A DNA stretch of 64,000 nt. Origin: a virus (lineage: Duplodnaviria > Caudoviricetes). The notes under the pieces are model-generated. The model saw only the letters and a list, made by a program, of their open reading frames with translations, was not told the origin of the DNA and did no database searches. Below are positions 7,980 to 18,090 of this stretch, in pieces. Position numbers and translations under genes: made by a program. The stretch's first letter is position 1. Each line of letters begins with the position of its first letter. The DNA lies in IMG/VR virus record IMGVR_UViG_3300028591_000074, positions 64,001 to 128,000 of that record; one strand, given 5' to 3'.

Positions 7980-10340
7980 TTATGTCGGTGATTCTAAATA
8001 TTCCGCAGATTCAACCTGTTGGCGAATTGGTTCGACATTAGTATATGCTGAATGGACGTTATCATATGGATCACCAAAATATCCAATAGCAATTATATCA
8101 AATGCAGTAGTTGAACATCTATTAAGGATTTGAATGTATTCAGTTCTTGTATCATTGGTTGAAACTGATCCAGAATAATGTGCACGAATAATCAATTTTC
8201 CCCCGCAATCATTTGGATTACTTATTGATGGATTTTCTGATAGAGAATGTAAAGTGCAGGCACCTGCCCACCTATCAATCAGCGCAACTAAATGAGCTTT
8301 TACATACTGAGATGTTTGATCACCGGGTACATCACTCCTATGAATAATTAAAATTCCATGTCGCATAAATATATCCTTACAATTATAAAGTAGTTCATCT
8401 GAATCCCCTGATCCAGCTATGGATGTAGTATACATTCTATACTGATTTGCAAAATGCCACCTACGTTTGCCATCCACAAGTTTTAAAACATATGAAATAT
8501 TATTATCGGCATTACCATCTACAATGGCATAATCAAATTGAGACGCATTTGAAGTATATGGAAGATTATACCCAAGATATAATTTGTTCTGAGTATTGGA
8601 TCCAAAAGAGATATATGCCCTTCCTACAGAACTATCATAGTCATCAGTATCAATCTCTTTCTGATTCATATTTGTTACAGGTTTAGTCAAACTGTATTTG
8701 AGTTGTTTTAGCTTATTTCCAAGCAAATTTATAGACTTATCTTCGATTAGCGCATTTAGTAATGTTGACCATGCTAAGTTATCATCAGGTGTGTATGTAG
8801 TAGAATCGTGAGTTGTTGAATGTGTAACATTCAGTGAACTTGAAGGTACTGCACTAATTGTATATGGTGTTGGGCTAGATGCGGCACCATTACTGCTAAG
8901 CATAAGTCCATACCCCTTTGTAGATCCTACCTGAACCTGCATCATCCTTGGGTGATTACTAGATGCATCATATGTTTTAAATGGTGTATCAAACACTGTA
9001 TTGTTGTTGGTTAACTTTACGCTTGATACAGACATATCCCCTTGATTAGCAAGTGTAACAAACTGAGGATTCTCTGGATCAGAATCATCAAGTATCTGAA
9101 TATGATTATCATTTGTATGATTCATAGCCCATGTTCCAGGAAATCCCATTTGATAATCTTGTAGTACCCCTTCATTCATGTTATTGAACATTTTAATTGT
9201 TCCAGGCGCAACTACGTCTAATGGATATAAAGAAGTATTACCTGTAGATGTAATACGTGTACCCCAAAGAGCGGGAGGATAGTAATCGTTTTTACTAAGT
9301 ACTGTAAGTGACGCAGACGCTGCTCCAGAAGGATGCACAAGTTCAGATACATAAATAGGATACTTAGGGTTCATTATTTCTACGTCACTAGACCCTGGAA
9401 TTGGATATGTAACCGGATGGTATATTGACCACTTAAATGTATTGTAATCTTCGTAGAAATCTTTCGGATCGGTATCAACCATGTCAATGATCGCGTTATC
9501 CTTAACTTCAGCGGAATCATGGATAGTCCGAACATATTTAGTATCTAGATTATATTGCAGAAAACTATTAGGTACCGAAAATACTATCTTAGCAGCCCAA
9601 GGAAACTCCGCAGGTCCAAGAAAATCACCATTTTCTGGATGTGCGGTATTTGTTGAACCTTCTGTACCAACACAACCGGAAAGTACACTGTTAAGTGTGA
9701 AACCTGTTAAAAGAACAAGCGGATTAGAGTTGATATTACCTCTAACTAGGAGACGAACACGAGGGTATGTATCAGTTAAGTCAGGTTTAAAATCTTTTGC
9801 AGGAGGATACGATGAATTTTCAGACCAATTTCCGGGTTGGATAACTACACCATCAATGATGTGCATATAATCTCGAATTTTGTCTAAGTTCCTATCATAT
9901 AGTACTTGAGTTGGCATACCCGTTGTATACGATGCTTCCGGTCCAACATATCCGGTATCTGGGCTGTCTATCGAGTTGTTAGATATTAGCACCCCATAAT
10001 CTGTGATCTTTGTAGCCCACATAGAATCACTTGAATGTTCTGGGTCATATGCTGGAAATTCTGCGAATCCCTCGAAATAACTTGCAACTATGGTATTTGC
10101 TGCGGCAAGATTTGAATTGCGAGGTAGCTTGATATCTAAACAGGTTAGACGAGTTTCTGGCATACCTCCGACAGAAGGAACCTTGAGCACCATAGACGCA
10201 CCCATAGCCAAACTAGATGCAAGCCATTCTTTTTCTGTTGCAGGAGGACTATTTGGATCTTCCGCAAGATGTTGTTTCACGTATATTTCGTAAGCACTTT
10301 CGCCTACAACTCGACCCTCATTCCATATTTCTCTAGGCAT
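7980..10340 (-). CDS. Large putative virion structural protein
   Basis: 786 aa, S/T/P/G-rich; SAYEIY...TEKEWLASL N-terminal motif typical of phage tail proteins. Confidence 0.5.
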   Translation of the reverse strand: MPREIWNEGRVVGESAYEIYVKQHLAEDPNSPPATEKEWLASSLAMGASMVLKVPSVGGMPETRLTCLDIKLPRNSNLAAANTIVASYFEGFAEFPAYDPEHSSDSMWATKITDYGVLISNNSIDSPDTGYVGPEASYTTGMPTQVLYDRNLDKIRDYMHIIDGVVIQPGNWSENSSYPPAKDFKPDLTDTYPRVRLLVRGNINSNPLVLLTGFTLNSVLSGCVGTEGSTNTAHPENGDFLGPAEFPWAAKIVFSVPNSFLQYNLDTKYVRTIHDSAEVKDNAIIDMVDTDPKDFYEDYNTFKWSIYHPVTYPIPGSSDVEIMNPKYPIYVSELVHPSGAASASLTVLSKNDYYPPALWGTRITSTGNTSLYPLDVVAPGTIKMFNNMNEGVLQDYQMGFPGTWAMNHTNDNHIQILDDSDPENPQFVTLANQGDMSVSSVKLTNNNTVFDTPFKTYDASSNHPRMMQVQVGSTKGYGLMLSSNGAASSPTPYTISAVPSSSLNVTHSTTHDSTTYTPDDNLAWSTLLNALIEDKSINLLGNKLKQLKYSLTKPVTNMNQKEIDTDDYDSSVGRAYISFGSNTQNKLYLGYNLPYTSNASQFDYAIVDGNADNNISYVLKLVDGKRRWHFANQYRMYTTSIAGSGDSDELLYNCKDIFMRHGILIIHRSDVPGDQTSQYVKAHLVALIDRWAGACTLHSLSENPSISNPNDCGGKLIIRAHYSGSVSTNDTRTEYIQILNRCSTTAFDIIAIGYFGDPYDNVHSAYTNVEPIRQQVESAEYLESPT

Positions 10341-10350
10341 GTACTATACC

Positions 10351-11268
10351 TCACTTTCCACCAAATTCAGAAATTAACCATTTAATAACATTTTGAATAC
10401 ACGTCTTTTTATTTGTACTTGAAGTAGCAGATGCCAACATATCATCTGCATAGGCATTAAATGATATCTGACCATCATCTGTATAAATAATCAATTTTAT
10501 TTTATCTAACGTATCATAATCGTTACTATCCATCTGTACTGAGATTGATCCACCCCAATATTGTTTTGCGTATTCGGATAATGCTATATCTAAAATCTCA
10601 TCTATTTCATCAGCAATCTCAGAATAAAATTCTATATCATAGGGGGATATTGACCATTCCGGATTTGATAATTCTGTATGAATTGTACCATGGAACTTCG
10701 AACTTTTCAAAGTAGATAACTTCCCAAGTCTACGTTCCGCTGCTTTCTGAACAGATGGATCTTCATCCTGTACCAATTTTTCTAAAACATCTTTATCTGT
10801 TGTTTTTTCAGCCACAATCTTTCTAACCTCAGGAGATTCATCATCCGATGCTAAGCTAATCATATCTCTATCATTTACACGGTTTATAATATTGATACGA
10901 ACTTGTTCATCATCATCAAATAGCATATTTTCAAGAACAGTTTGATCTTGACATTTTGTAGAAACAATTCTACGTATTCTAACATCTTCATCTTGAGATA
11001 ATACATCCCAAACCTTTGGATCAGAAGTTACTCTTGCTACTGCCATACGGATCCTAGGATCATCATCTTGTGCAAGTCTGCGCCTATCAGATTCCTTTGT
11101 AGCAAGATTTCTTGCAGTTGCTTGACGAACTAATTTTGAATCATCATAAGAAAATCTAGAAAGTTTTGATCGGTCATTAGAACTTCTTGCAAGTTTAGCA
11201 CGTTCAAAACTATCCATATGAGCTGCATAAATCAATTTCTTCATCAACATATCCCCATTATGATACAT
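10351..11268 (-). CDS. HEAT/LRV-repeat protein with MKKLIYAA leader
   Basis: Repeated LxxDEDxxVR units. Confidence 0.7.
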   Translation of the reverse strand: MYHNGDMLMKKLIYAAHMDSFERAKLARSSNDRSKLSRFSYDDSKLVRQATARNLATKESDRRRLAQDDDPRIRMAVARVTSDPKVWDVLSQDEDVRIRRIVSTKCQDQTVLENMLFDDDEQVRINIINRVNDRDMISLASDDESPEVRKIVAEKTTDKDVLEKLVQDEDPSVQKAAERRLGKLSTLKSSKFHGTIHTELSNPEWSISPYDIEFYSEIADEIDEILDIALSEYAKQYWGGSISVQMDSNDYDTLDKIKLIIYTDDGQISFNAYADDMLASATSSTNKKTCIQNVIKWLISEFGGK

Positions 11269-11476
11269 AAACTATATTTCCACAGGTTGCTCTAATCCAA
11301 CCTAATTCATTTCGTATCCATAAATCATTATTATCATCATGCGTGAATGATTTACAAAATACACCGCTACCGGGTGATAATGTAGATACAATCGTTGCAT
11401 CATCTAAAGTTTTTACTCTAATCTCCAAAGGTGTTAAGGATGTTACTAAATAGGTTTTACCTTTTTCGTAGCACAT
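11258..11476 (-). CDS. Small SH3-like protein
   Basis: LEIR...STLSPGS...LWIRNELGWI pattern; SD before ATG 11476. Confidence 0.45.
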   Translation of the reverse strand: MCYEKGKTYLVTSLTPLEIRVKTLDDATIVSTLSPGSGVFCKSFTHDDNNDLWIRNELGWIRATCGNIVYVS

Positions 11477-11546
11477 AATTTCCTTTCTGTAACCCCAAAA
11501 GAAAAGCACACCCCATATAAGATATATAAGGTGTGCTAAATTAAAT

Positions 11547-12719
11547 CTATTCCGAATCACTATCTGAATCTGGATCGATTACTGCCCATCTTGGGAGTTG
11601 AGATACTTTAGCAATTGTAGTATCATCTTCTACAACTTGTTGAATCTCAGCAGTCAAATCCCTATCAGATACACCAACGGTATGTCCAAACTTATCTACA
11701 AGAATCCCATCAATAACTGGAACACCTTGTGATGTAGGTGTATAAGTATGTTCCTCACCAGTTCCAGTATCACCATGATGTATTGTTACATCATCTGCAA
11801 GTGTTCCACCACCTTTGATACCTTCACCTGCAACAATGTTACGTTCCTCAAATACAAAGTTAACATCTACCCACTTATGTTCATTGATTGACCAAGCATA
11901 GTATTCCGGCTTTCCATCAACATCATTGACACGAACTAATTTACCATCTGGTGTTTGTCTTGGATTCAGCTTATCGCGTTCTTCAATTGTTGGGAATGTT
12001 ACAAATGCGCTTTTAACCTGATATGGTATAATTTCATCATCTGGTGCAACTGGTGGGAAGATTGGACCGTGCGGACCATCCGTGGAACTTGGTGCTACTA
12101 CATAATCAGATGATTGATAAGTTTCATTTGTAATATCTGTTTGAGTTACTTTAATAGGAAGTACATTCGGATAATTCTGATCAAGATTGTTCGTCTTAGT
12201 TGATACAACAACCATTCCATCAATTTCTTGCGGAATTACAGGTCTTACAGATTTATCTGTAAGCGATGTAAGATACCAACCATTAAATAGACGATTATCC
12301 CATGTATACCAACCTTTATGCAGAATCCAATTTGTGTTCGGTATTGTTTCAATAGAAACAATATTTCCATCTACAAGTTTTAGGGTATTCTTCTCAGATA
12401 CCGGAAAATAGGTATCATTCAAATATTCTGTTGGTTCATATGGTTCCGGTGGATTCTCAGGATCAACTGGTAATGTTGGTCCTTCCAGATCAGATGATGT
12501 AGATAATACTACAACTTCATCTAAATCTGATTCTATAGCAGGAACAAGTTCATCGCCCATTAAAGATGAAAAATACCAACCTTTATAGTATTTACTTTCA
12601 AAATTAAACCAACCGTATCTTACAATCCACTTCTTATCTGGAAACCGTTTTAATGCAATGATGTTCCCCTCATAGAGTTTAATACCAAGGCTGGCTATAA
12701 GTAAGTAATCATAATTCAT
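11547..12719 (-). CDS. Putative structural protein with a duplicated N-terminal domain
   Basis: Two copies of KL.(E/D)GNI....P...WI...GW......GWY; phage-tail-like AGEGIKGGGTL. Confidence 0.55.
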   Translation of the reverse strand: MNYDYLLIASLGIKLYEGNIIALKRFPDKKWIVRYGWFNFESKYYKGWYFSSLMGDELVPAIESDLDEVVVLSTSSDLEGPTLPVDPENPPEPYEPTEYLNDTYFPVSEKNTLKLVDGNIVSIETIPNTNWILHKGWYTWDNRLFNGWYLTSLTDKSVRPVIPQEIDGMVVVSTKTNNLDQNYPNVLPIKVTQTDITNETYQSSDYVVAPSSTDGPHGPIFPPVAPDDEIIPYQVKSAFVTFPTIEERDKLNPRQTPDGKLVRVNDVDGKPEYYAWSINEHKWVDVNFVFEERNIVAGEGIKGGGTLADDVTIHHGDTGTGEEHTYTPTSQGVPVIDGILVDKFGHTVGVSDRDLTAEIQQVVEDDTTIAKVSQLPRWAVIDPDSDSDSE

Positions 12720-12731
12720 AGCACCACCGCC

Positions 12732-12962
12732 TTAGGTTTCTATCAGATAAATATCATCAAGATCCGTTCTGTATAATGGTTTTAAATCACTGACATCTTT
12801 TATATTGGTAAGATACCATCCACAAACTTCACGATTTCCACCCCAAGAATACCAACCGTAGGAAAGAATCCATGTAATAATATCAAATCTTCCCAACTTT
12901 ACACGGCAACCTGGTGTAAGTGTTATATTAAATTCAGGTATTTCAATGAGTAAATCTGTCAC
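12732..12962 (-). CDS. Single-domain paralogue of the 11547 repeat
   Basis: WILSYGWY...CGWYLT motif. Confidence 0.6.
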   Translation of the reverse strand: MTDLLIEIPEFNITLTPGCRVKLGRFDIITWILSYGWYSWGGNREVCGWYLTNIKDVSDLKPLYRTDLDDIYLIET

Positions 12963-13001
12963 GATAACACCACCATTTCATCAACTATCAAGTATTACTA
13001 A

Positions 13002-13012
13002 TATAAAAGGTT
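13002..13012 (-). promoter_or_regulatory. Class-B (putative late) promoter motif AACCTTwTATA (also about 4023, 11529, 17088, 39943, 41093, 43088, 43208, 46009, 48006, 55496)
   Basis: Recurrent motif upstream of structural, holin and tail-fibre genes. Confidence 0.6.
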
Positions 13013-13048
13013 TTGGGTGCAGTTATAGATTAACCACACCCAAACGAA

Positions 13049-13764
13049 TTATGAGCCCATATTATTTGACTCCGCATCAGTTTCCCAATCTTCTTCTTCC
13101 TCACCGGAATCAAGTTCCAAAATCTCACTTTTCAGAAGTTGCAATTCTGATTTTATAGATTCCCGTCTTTTGTTGAGTTCCGGATTATCACCTACAGATG
13201 TAAGTAACTGATCACAAATGCTTCTAAACTCTGATTCCTTTTCAATGAGTTGCTTTTTAAGTGCTTCTAAATCTGCCATACACATCCACCATCCTTTACC
13301 ATTTTATTGATTTTATCACTACGATCTTAGGTTCACTATCTCCCCAATCGTAAAATGTGCCACAATTATCACAAGCATTATCAGATTTGTATCCACTGAT
13401 ACTTCTCCCACAAGTTGGGCAATAGTATTTAATAATATCCAAAGTTCTCCATCCGTCATCATTGTGCGCTTCTGAAATCATAGCCCTTGGCCGAATCTTC
13501 TCTACCACTATATTACACCCTTTCCATAATATAATCAATTAAATGATGCCTACCTATCCATGGTAGGCAATCCACATATCTTTTCGTAACAACGTGGACA
13601 ACATATCCACGTGTCTGCATTTCAGACCACCCATACTTATTTCTCTGCCACTTAATGTCAGGAATAATATCAGTCAAGGCTTCTGTATATATGTCATTCA
13701 GTTCTTTTGGACTAATCTTCATACATAATCTCCAGTCCATAGAATTCTGCTGTCTGATGTTCAA
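13049..13764 (-). CDS. Three small proteins (13049-13285 coiled-coil; 13296-13538 Zn-ribbon CxxC..CxxC; 13513-13764)
   Basis: ORF track, coupled starts and stops. Confidence 0.55.
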
Positions 13765-14038
13765 TTACGCAACCACGTGCCTGATCCCATCCTTTGCAAC
13801 AGTAGATAGCATCACACATACTCATAACTTTCAGGGATTCAGACAGGTAGAAGATACCGAGATTACTGTATCCAAAACTCTTAAGTTTATCCTCAGAATA
13901 GTCGAAAAATGAATTCATCACAGAATATCCTTTTGACTCCAAAACCTGCTTAACTTCTTCCCGCTTTGTCTTAATCTCATCATCAGACAATCCATTCATC
14001 GGCTGAACAATCATTGCTTTCTTCATAAATGGCACCAC
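13712..14038 (-). CDS. DUF4406-like (nucleoside deoxyribosyltransferase-fold) protein
   Basis: QPMNG...MSMCDAIY..KGW..ARGC.IEH motif. Confidence 0.65.
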   Translation of the reverse strand: MVPFMKKAMIVQPMNGLSDDEIKTKREEVKQVLESKGYSVMNSFFDYSEDKLKSFGYSNLGIFYLSESLKVMSMCDAIYCCKGWDQARGCVIEHQTAEFYGLEIMYED

Positions 14039-14658
14039 ACATCCTTTCTAAGTTTATCTAATTCAGAATCTTGTAAAAACCAATCGCTAAAATTTGGTTT
14101 ATATGCAAGATTTAAATTGTGCATTTCAGTTTTTGTAGTTATGACAGGGACAGAAATTCCACAACATTTATTAGTTCCTAAAGGGTAGATGTTAAATTCC
14201 CTACAAATGTATGCACTTAATGCAACCATAGAGTTGTATACTCCACGGCAATATGATTGGTAATAGTAATCAAGTTCTACATATGGGTGTAAAACCATAA
14301 TCTGAATCCACCCATCATTTCCAGATCCTACACGACCCTGACCGCATCCCCATCCACGATAATTTAGTGGAAGTGTCTGTATGACACCTACAGAATCATG
14401 TTCAAATCGACCAATCCAAAATGTATAACCTTCCTGTTTATTTGTATGATTATAGTCATCATCACATTGGTTCTTACCAATGATATGCATAAGGTTTTCG
14501 TAATTCGGATCATCCTCTGAGGGCTGAACAAATCTACGCAGCCTAGAATGACCGATAGTAGTTGTACAAAAACAAATGCCTTTAACTTCCATAGGCTTAC
14601 TATTTTTATAACATGTGCTATTTTCCATAATGCACTGTAAAGGATTATAATCTCCCAT
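14023..14658 (-). CDS. Degenerate paralogue of the endolysin amidase domain
   Basis: Aligns to the 6248-7549 N-terminus (NSTCYK, LRRFVQP, IIGKN, WGCG) but lacks the His/Glu catalytic residues. Confidence 0.65.
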   Translation of the reverse strand: MGDYNPLQCIMENSTCYKNSKPMEVKGICFCTTTIGHSRLRRFVQPSEDDPNYENLMHIIGKNQCDDDYNHTNKQEGYTFWIGRFEHDSVGVIQTLPLNYRGWGCGQGRVGSGNDGWIQIMVLHPYVELDYYYQSYCRGVYNSMVALSAYICREFNIYPLGTNKCCGISVPVITTKTEMHNLNLAYKPNFSDWFLQDSELDKLRKDVWCHL

Positions 14659-14905
14659 ATTATCTACTCCACCGATTTATATGATATCTGTTAGAAATAT
14701 GTATCTTAGACTTCCGCTTATTCTGTTTTGCCAAAAGTTCTGATGTCTTAGTGAATTCATCTTTAAGTTCTTTGAATCTATCAATGATTTCATAATTACT
14801 ATGCTCTTTTACCTTGTGAATAATCTGCATACCGATCTATCTCCCATATAACCGTATAATCTGACAACTTTCATCATCTGTAGTCTTATGCAGCATAAAA
14901 TCATC

Positions 14906-16618
14906 TCAATTCCACATATCTTGATATTCTTCTTGCCCCCTCATACGGAGTTCCATGTTGCTTGGCTTTTCATCCGCAGGATCATAACCATAGCACTCAC
15001 CGTTATCAATCTTCTTTCCTTTGTAATGACAGTATGGTGAATTTGAACCGGCATATCCACCGTACTCCATAGTATAGAAATATTTACATGATTCGCATTT
15101 CCTACGATCAAATTTCATTCTCACCATATCACAATCCCACCCACTAATATCCGTAATGTAGAACTACCAGATCACTCCATTCATTCGGATTAAATCCCTT
15201 CAGAAGTCCCAGGAATGGGTAGTATCTACGATAGTAATCTTCGTTGTGAATTACCTTGTCCATAATATTCACCATATCAGCAATCGGAATTTCTATCATA
15301 TCAGCACCATATGCATCTTTATTGATTACTGTATTACCATCATCTGCATAGATATACACATCTGTTTTAGGATATTCACGTATCCGGTCATACACCATTG
15401 GAGCCTTGCAAAGATCAAACATTGCTATTACTTGCCCCCAATATCTCTTACCATCAAGACTCTTCTGCGTAGTCTTATTCACCACATAAAATCTGCTTTC
15501 GTATCCCATAATTTTCTCCTTTCTGGATTATTGATATTATTTATAATCATCTGGATTATAGTTATTCATCCAATCAGAAACAATCTCACATGCATCATTA
15601 TCAGTAAGATCAAATGCATCTTTCAAGTATGATGCAGAACCAAACATATTAACGGCTCCAGATCTGCGCAACTGCTCAAGGTAAAGCCAATACTTATTGT
15701 CCGTCATACTATTACCTCCTATATAATCCACAAGTCTAATATCCAACTTCTTTCAGAAGTCCACGCATTTCATAATACAAGGAGGTATTGCTTCCTGCTT
15801 CTTCCCTAACCTTGTCCATAATGGAATCTACGGAAGATTTTACATAATCGTAAAGTGCGTCCAACTTAGCCAACTGTTCCTGATACTCAACAATCTTTTC
15901 TTTGTACCTATCAATAGTAATCTGGATGTATTCCATAACCTGTGCAGGAGTCATATAGAAATACGGTTCATAGAAGGATTCCTTAATAATCTGATCTTCC
16001 GCAGGAATAATTCTACTATATTTCACAACTTGCTTAATGCTTATACTATCGCACACATACTTTCCATCAATACGGATGGAATAGTCACTCACACAGATTT
16101 CAAAATCATCTGAACAGATGCGTCCACGTTCGATCTTAGCATTCGCAAAATTTTTAGCAAAACTCTGAAAATCTGAACCGTCCTTCTTAGTAACCCTCTT
16201 TACATTCGACCAAAGACGAATCTTCGCCTCGTAGTCAAGGATATAGTCTTCAAACTTATTTCTGATATCTTCTTTCTTTTTCATAACTGATCCTCCGATT
16301 CTTAATCCATATCCTGTGATTGCACCTACAAGGCTATGATGCCTTGTAGGTAAACTTCTTATAGCTGCTTTCCTTGCTGTACTTTGCATATACATCCGGA
16401 AGATCTGACTTCAGAGAAGTGCTATCCAGTCGCTTCTGAGAAACAAGTTTGTAGCGGATTACATAGGAACCAGTGTTATACTCATCCTCATTCTTTTCTT
16501 CCAGATCGGCCTTGACTTCATCCTTTACAGATTCAAGCTGTTTCTCAAGAGCCTTGATCTGAGCCTCAAGTTCCTCTAACTTCTTCATTCTGTTATCAAG
16601 CTGTCTGTTTGTCATCAT
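14906..16618 (-). CDS. Run of small early-type hypothetical genes (14906-15127, 15144-15509, 15537-15746, 15736-16395, 16334-16618)
   Basis: ORFs with SDs downstream of the sigma70 promoter at 16661-16689. Confidence 0.6.
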
Positions 16619-16660
16619 AGTGATTCTCCTTTCTGGATAATTGATGTTCTCTATGGTTTA

Positions 16661-16689
16661 ATATTATCACATATAAGATAACATGTCAA
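16661..16689 (-). promoter_or_regulatory. Sigma70 promoter
   Basis: TTGACA-N17-TAATAT. Confidence 0.65.
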
Positions 16690-16761
16690 TACATATTTGA
16701 TAATTTTTATAATAAAATTATCTTTATATAAATTATACCTTACACATATTATAACGATTTA

Positions 16762-17085
16762 CAAAACAAAAGTCCGACATATAGGATAACAGGAAACCTA
16801 TATGCCGGACAGTGCTTTGGGTTTGTGAGCCAAAGAAGAGGTATATATTGCAAACTGAGAAAATGGGTAACTCAGTAATGCTCATATGTGTAATCTGTAG
16901 GTAAGAACTTCTGTCGCGGAGAAGAGACCCTTGCAGTTGTCTTTTCCATGGAGGTTCATCAGTGTCAAGCACCGACTTATGAAAAAATATGACGATAACC
17001 TGTGTACAAAACCATTTCTGGGAGACTTCCACAGGAAGTCTTTAATTAGGAGAAAAAACGATGCCAAAAATGACAATGTATTTAT
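16762..17085 (-). ncRNA. Candidate sRNA of about 320 nt, from a class-B promoter to a terminator
   Basis: Several hairpins; terminal gtccggcatatagg/cctatatgtcggac stem followed by a U-tract; no convincing ORF. Confidence 0.45.
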
Positions 17086-17184
17086 TATATTAAAGGTTGA
17101 TGTACAAGAACTCGTTTCTGAGAGACTTCCACCATAGTCTTTTATGATTTGTGAAAAGGGAAAGGTATCCTAAAAGACACCAAA

Positions 17185-17257
17185 TCGGAGTGACACGACT
17201 TGAACGTGCGCCCTCTTCGGCCCAAACGAAGCGGTCTACCAACTGACCTACACCCCG
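17185..17257 (-). tRNA. tRNA-Pro (TGG)
   Basis: CGGGGTG/CACTCCG acceptor; CTTCG-TT TGG GC-CGAAG anticodon arm. Confidence 0.9.
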
Positions 17258-17538
17258 GTTATACTGCAATTACCACTATCATCCCCACATACTACTTACA
17301 AGTATAATTCCACCGATCAAATGTATTCTCTACATGCTTTCTATATGGTCTTAGGCTTATTGCAGGGTTGCAGAGTTTTACAAGAATCACAACCGTACTT
17401 GGCTTTTTCAGTTGTCCGTACAGAGGTGGTAGAATCAACTACATTCAACATGATAACGTCAGAGCTGGAGTTTCGCATCTCATATGGAAATTCACATATT
17501 CTGCAGCATATGTTAGGTATCCAATTATTACCTATAGA

Positions 17539-17603
17539 CGCTATCGTGGGAATCGAACCCACCCCTTCCCGCCGGATGTGCTTGCCCAGGACACCTGATA
17601 GCT
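17539..17603 (-). ncRNA. tRNA-like RNA with a collapsed anticodon arm
   Basis: GCTATC/GATAGC acceptor, D-arm, TCC-GGCG-GGA mini-hairpin, GTGGG-TTCGATT-CCCAC T-arm. Confidence 0.6.
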
Positions 17604-17824
17604 CATACATTCGTAATAGTACATTTACCTGTCCAGATTATTATGCTTTTGCATAAATCCTACCACCTACCACTAAATGTTTTCCACTCAGTAAGACTAT
17701 CCTTGATGTATGCCAGTGGCATTTCATGCTATGCCACAAGTGAATACAACGGTAGGTACTCCATAGAAGGTGTGCAGTCACCATTAATGTCACTATAGAA
17801 TATCTGCATCCTACCAATTGCATA

Positions 17825-17894
17825 ACCCCACATTCGGTTACGATCCGAATCTTCCTCGCTCTATCAGGTGTGCTGCCATTAACACTATGCAGGG
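17825..17894 (-). ncRNA. Degenerate tRNA-like RNA
   Basis: CCCTGCA/TGTGGGG acceptor, GTGT/GCAC D-arm, TTCGG-ATCGTAA-CCGAA T-arm; irregular anticodon arm. Confidence 0.5.
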
Positions 17895-17963
17895 TGTCAT
17901 CACATGTTATTACAGAAGTTGATCCGACTTCATGCAGTGGCGAGCTCTTACCACACATGTAAG

Positions 17964-18037
17964 TAGCGGAGGCAGGATTTGAACCTGCGACCTTCAGGTT
18001 ATGAGCCTGACGAGCTTCCGGGCTGCTCTACTCCGCG
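17964..18037 (-). tRNA. Initiator tRNA-Met (CAT)
   Basis: CGCGGAG 5' end with unpaired C1, CT CAT AA loop, GGTTCAAATCC T-arm. Confidence 0.9.
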
Positions 18038-18042
18038 TTAGT

Positions 18043-18080
18043 GTTACGCAGATATTTGATCTTAAAAATATCTGCGTAAC
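18043..18080 (-). terminator. Long hairpin after the DUF2828 gene
   Basis: gttacgcagatattt...aaatatctgcgtaac. Confidence 0.55.
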
Positions 18081-18090
18081 TATGTTAGGT

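Noticed and set aside
16733-17958. ORFs 16733-17032, 16882-17076, 17321-17656, 17341-17610, 17641-17958
   Set aside because: They overlap tRNA-like or hairpin-rich RNA, lack SDs and have atypical composition.
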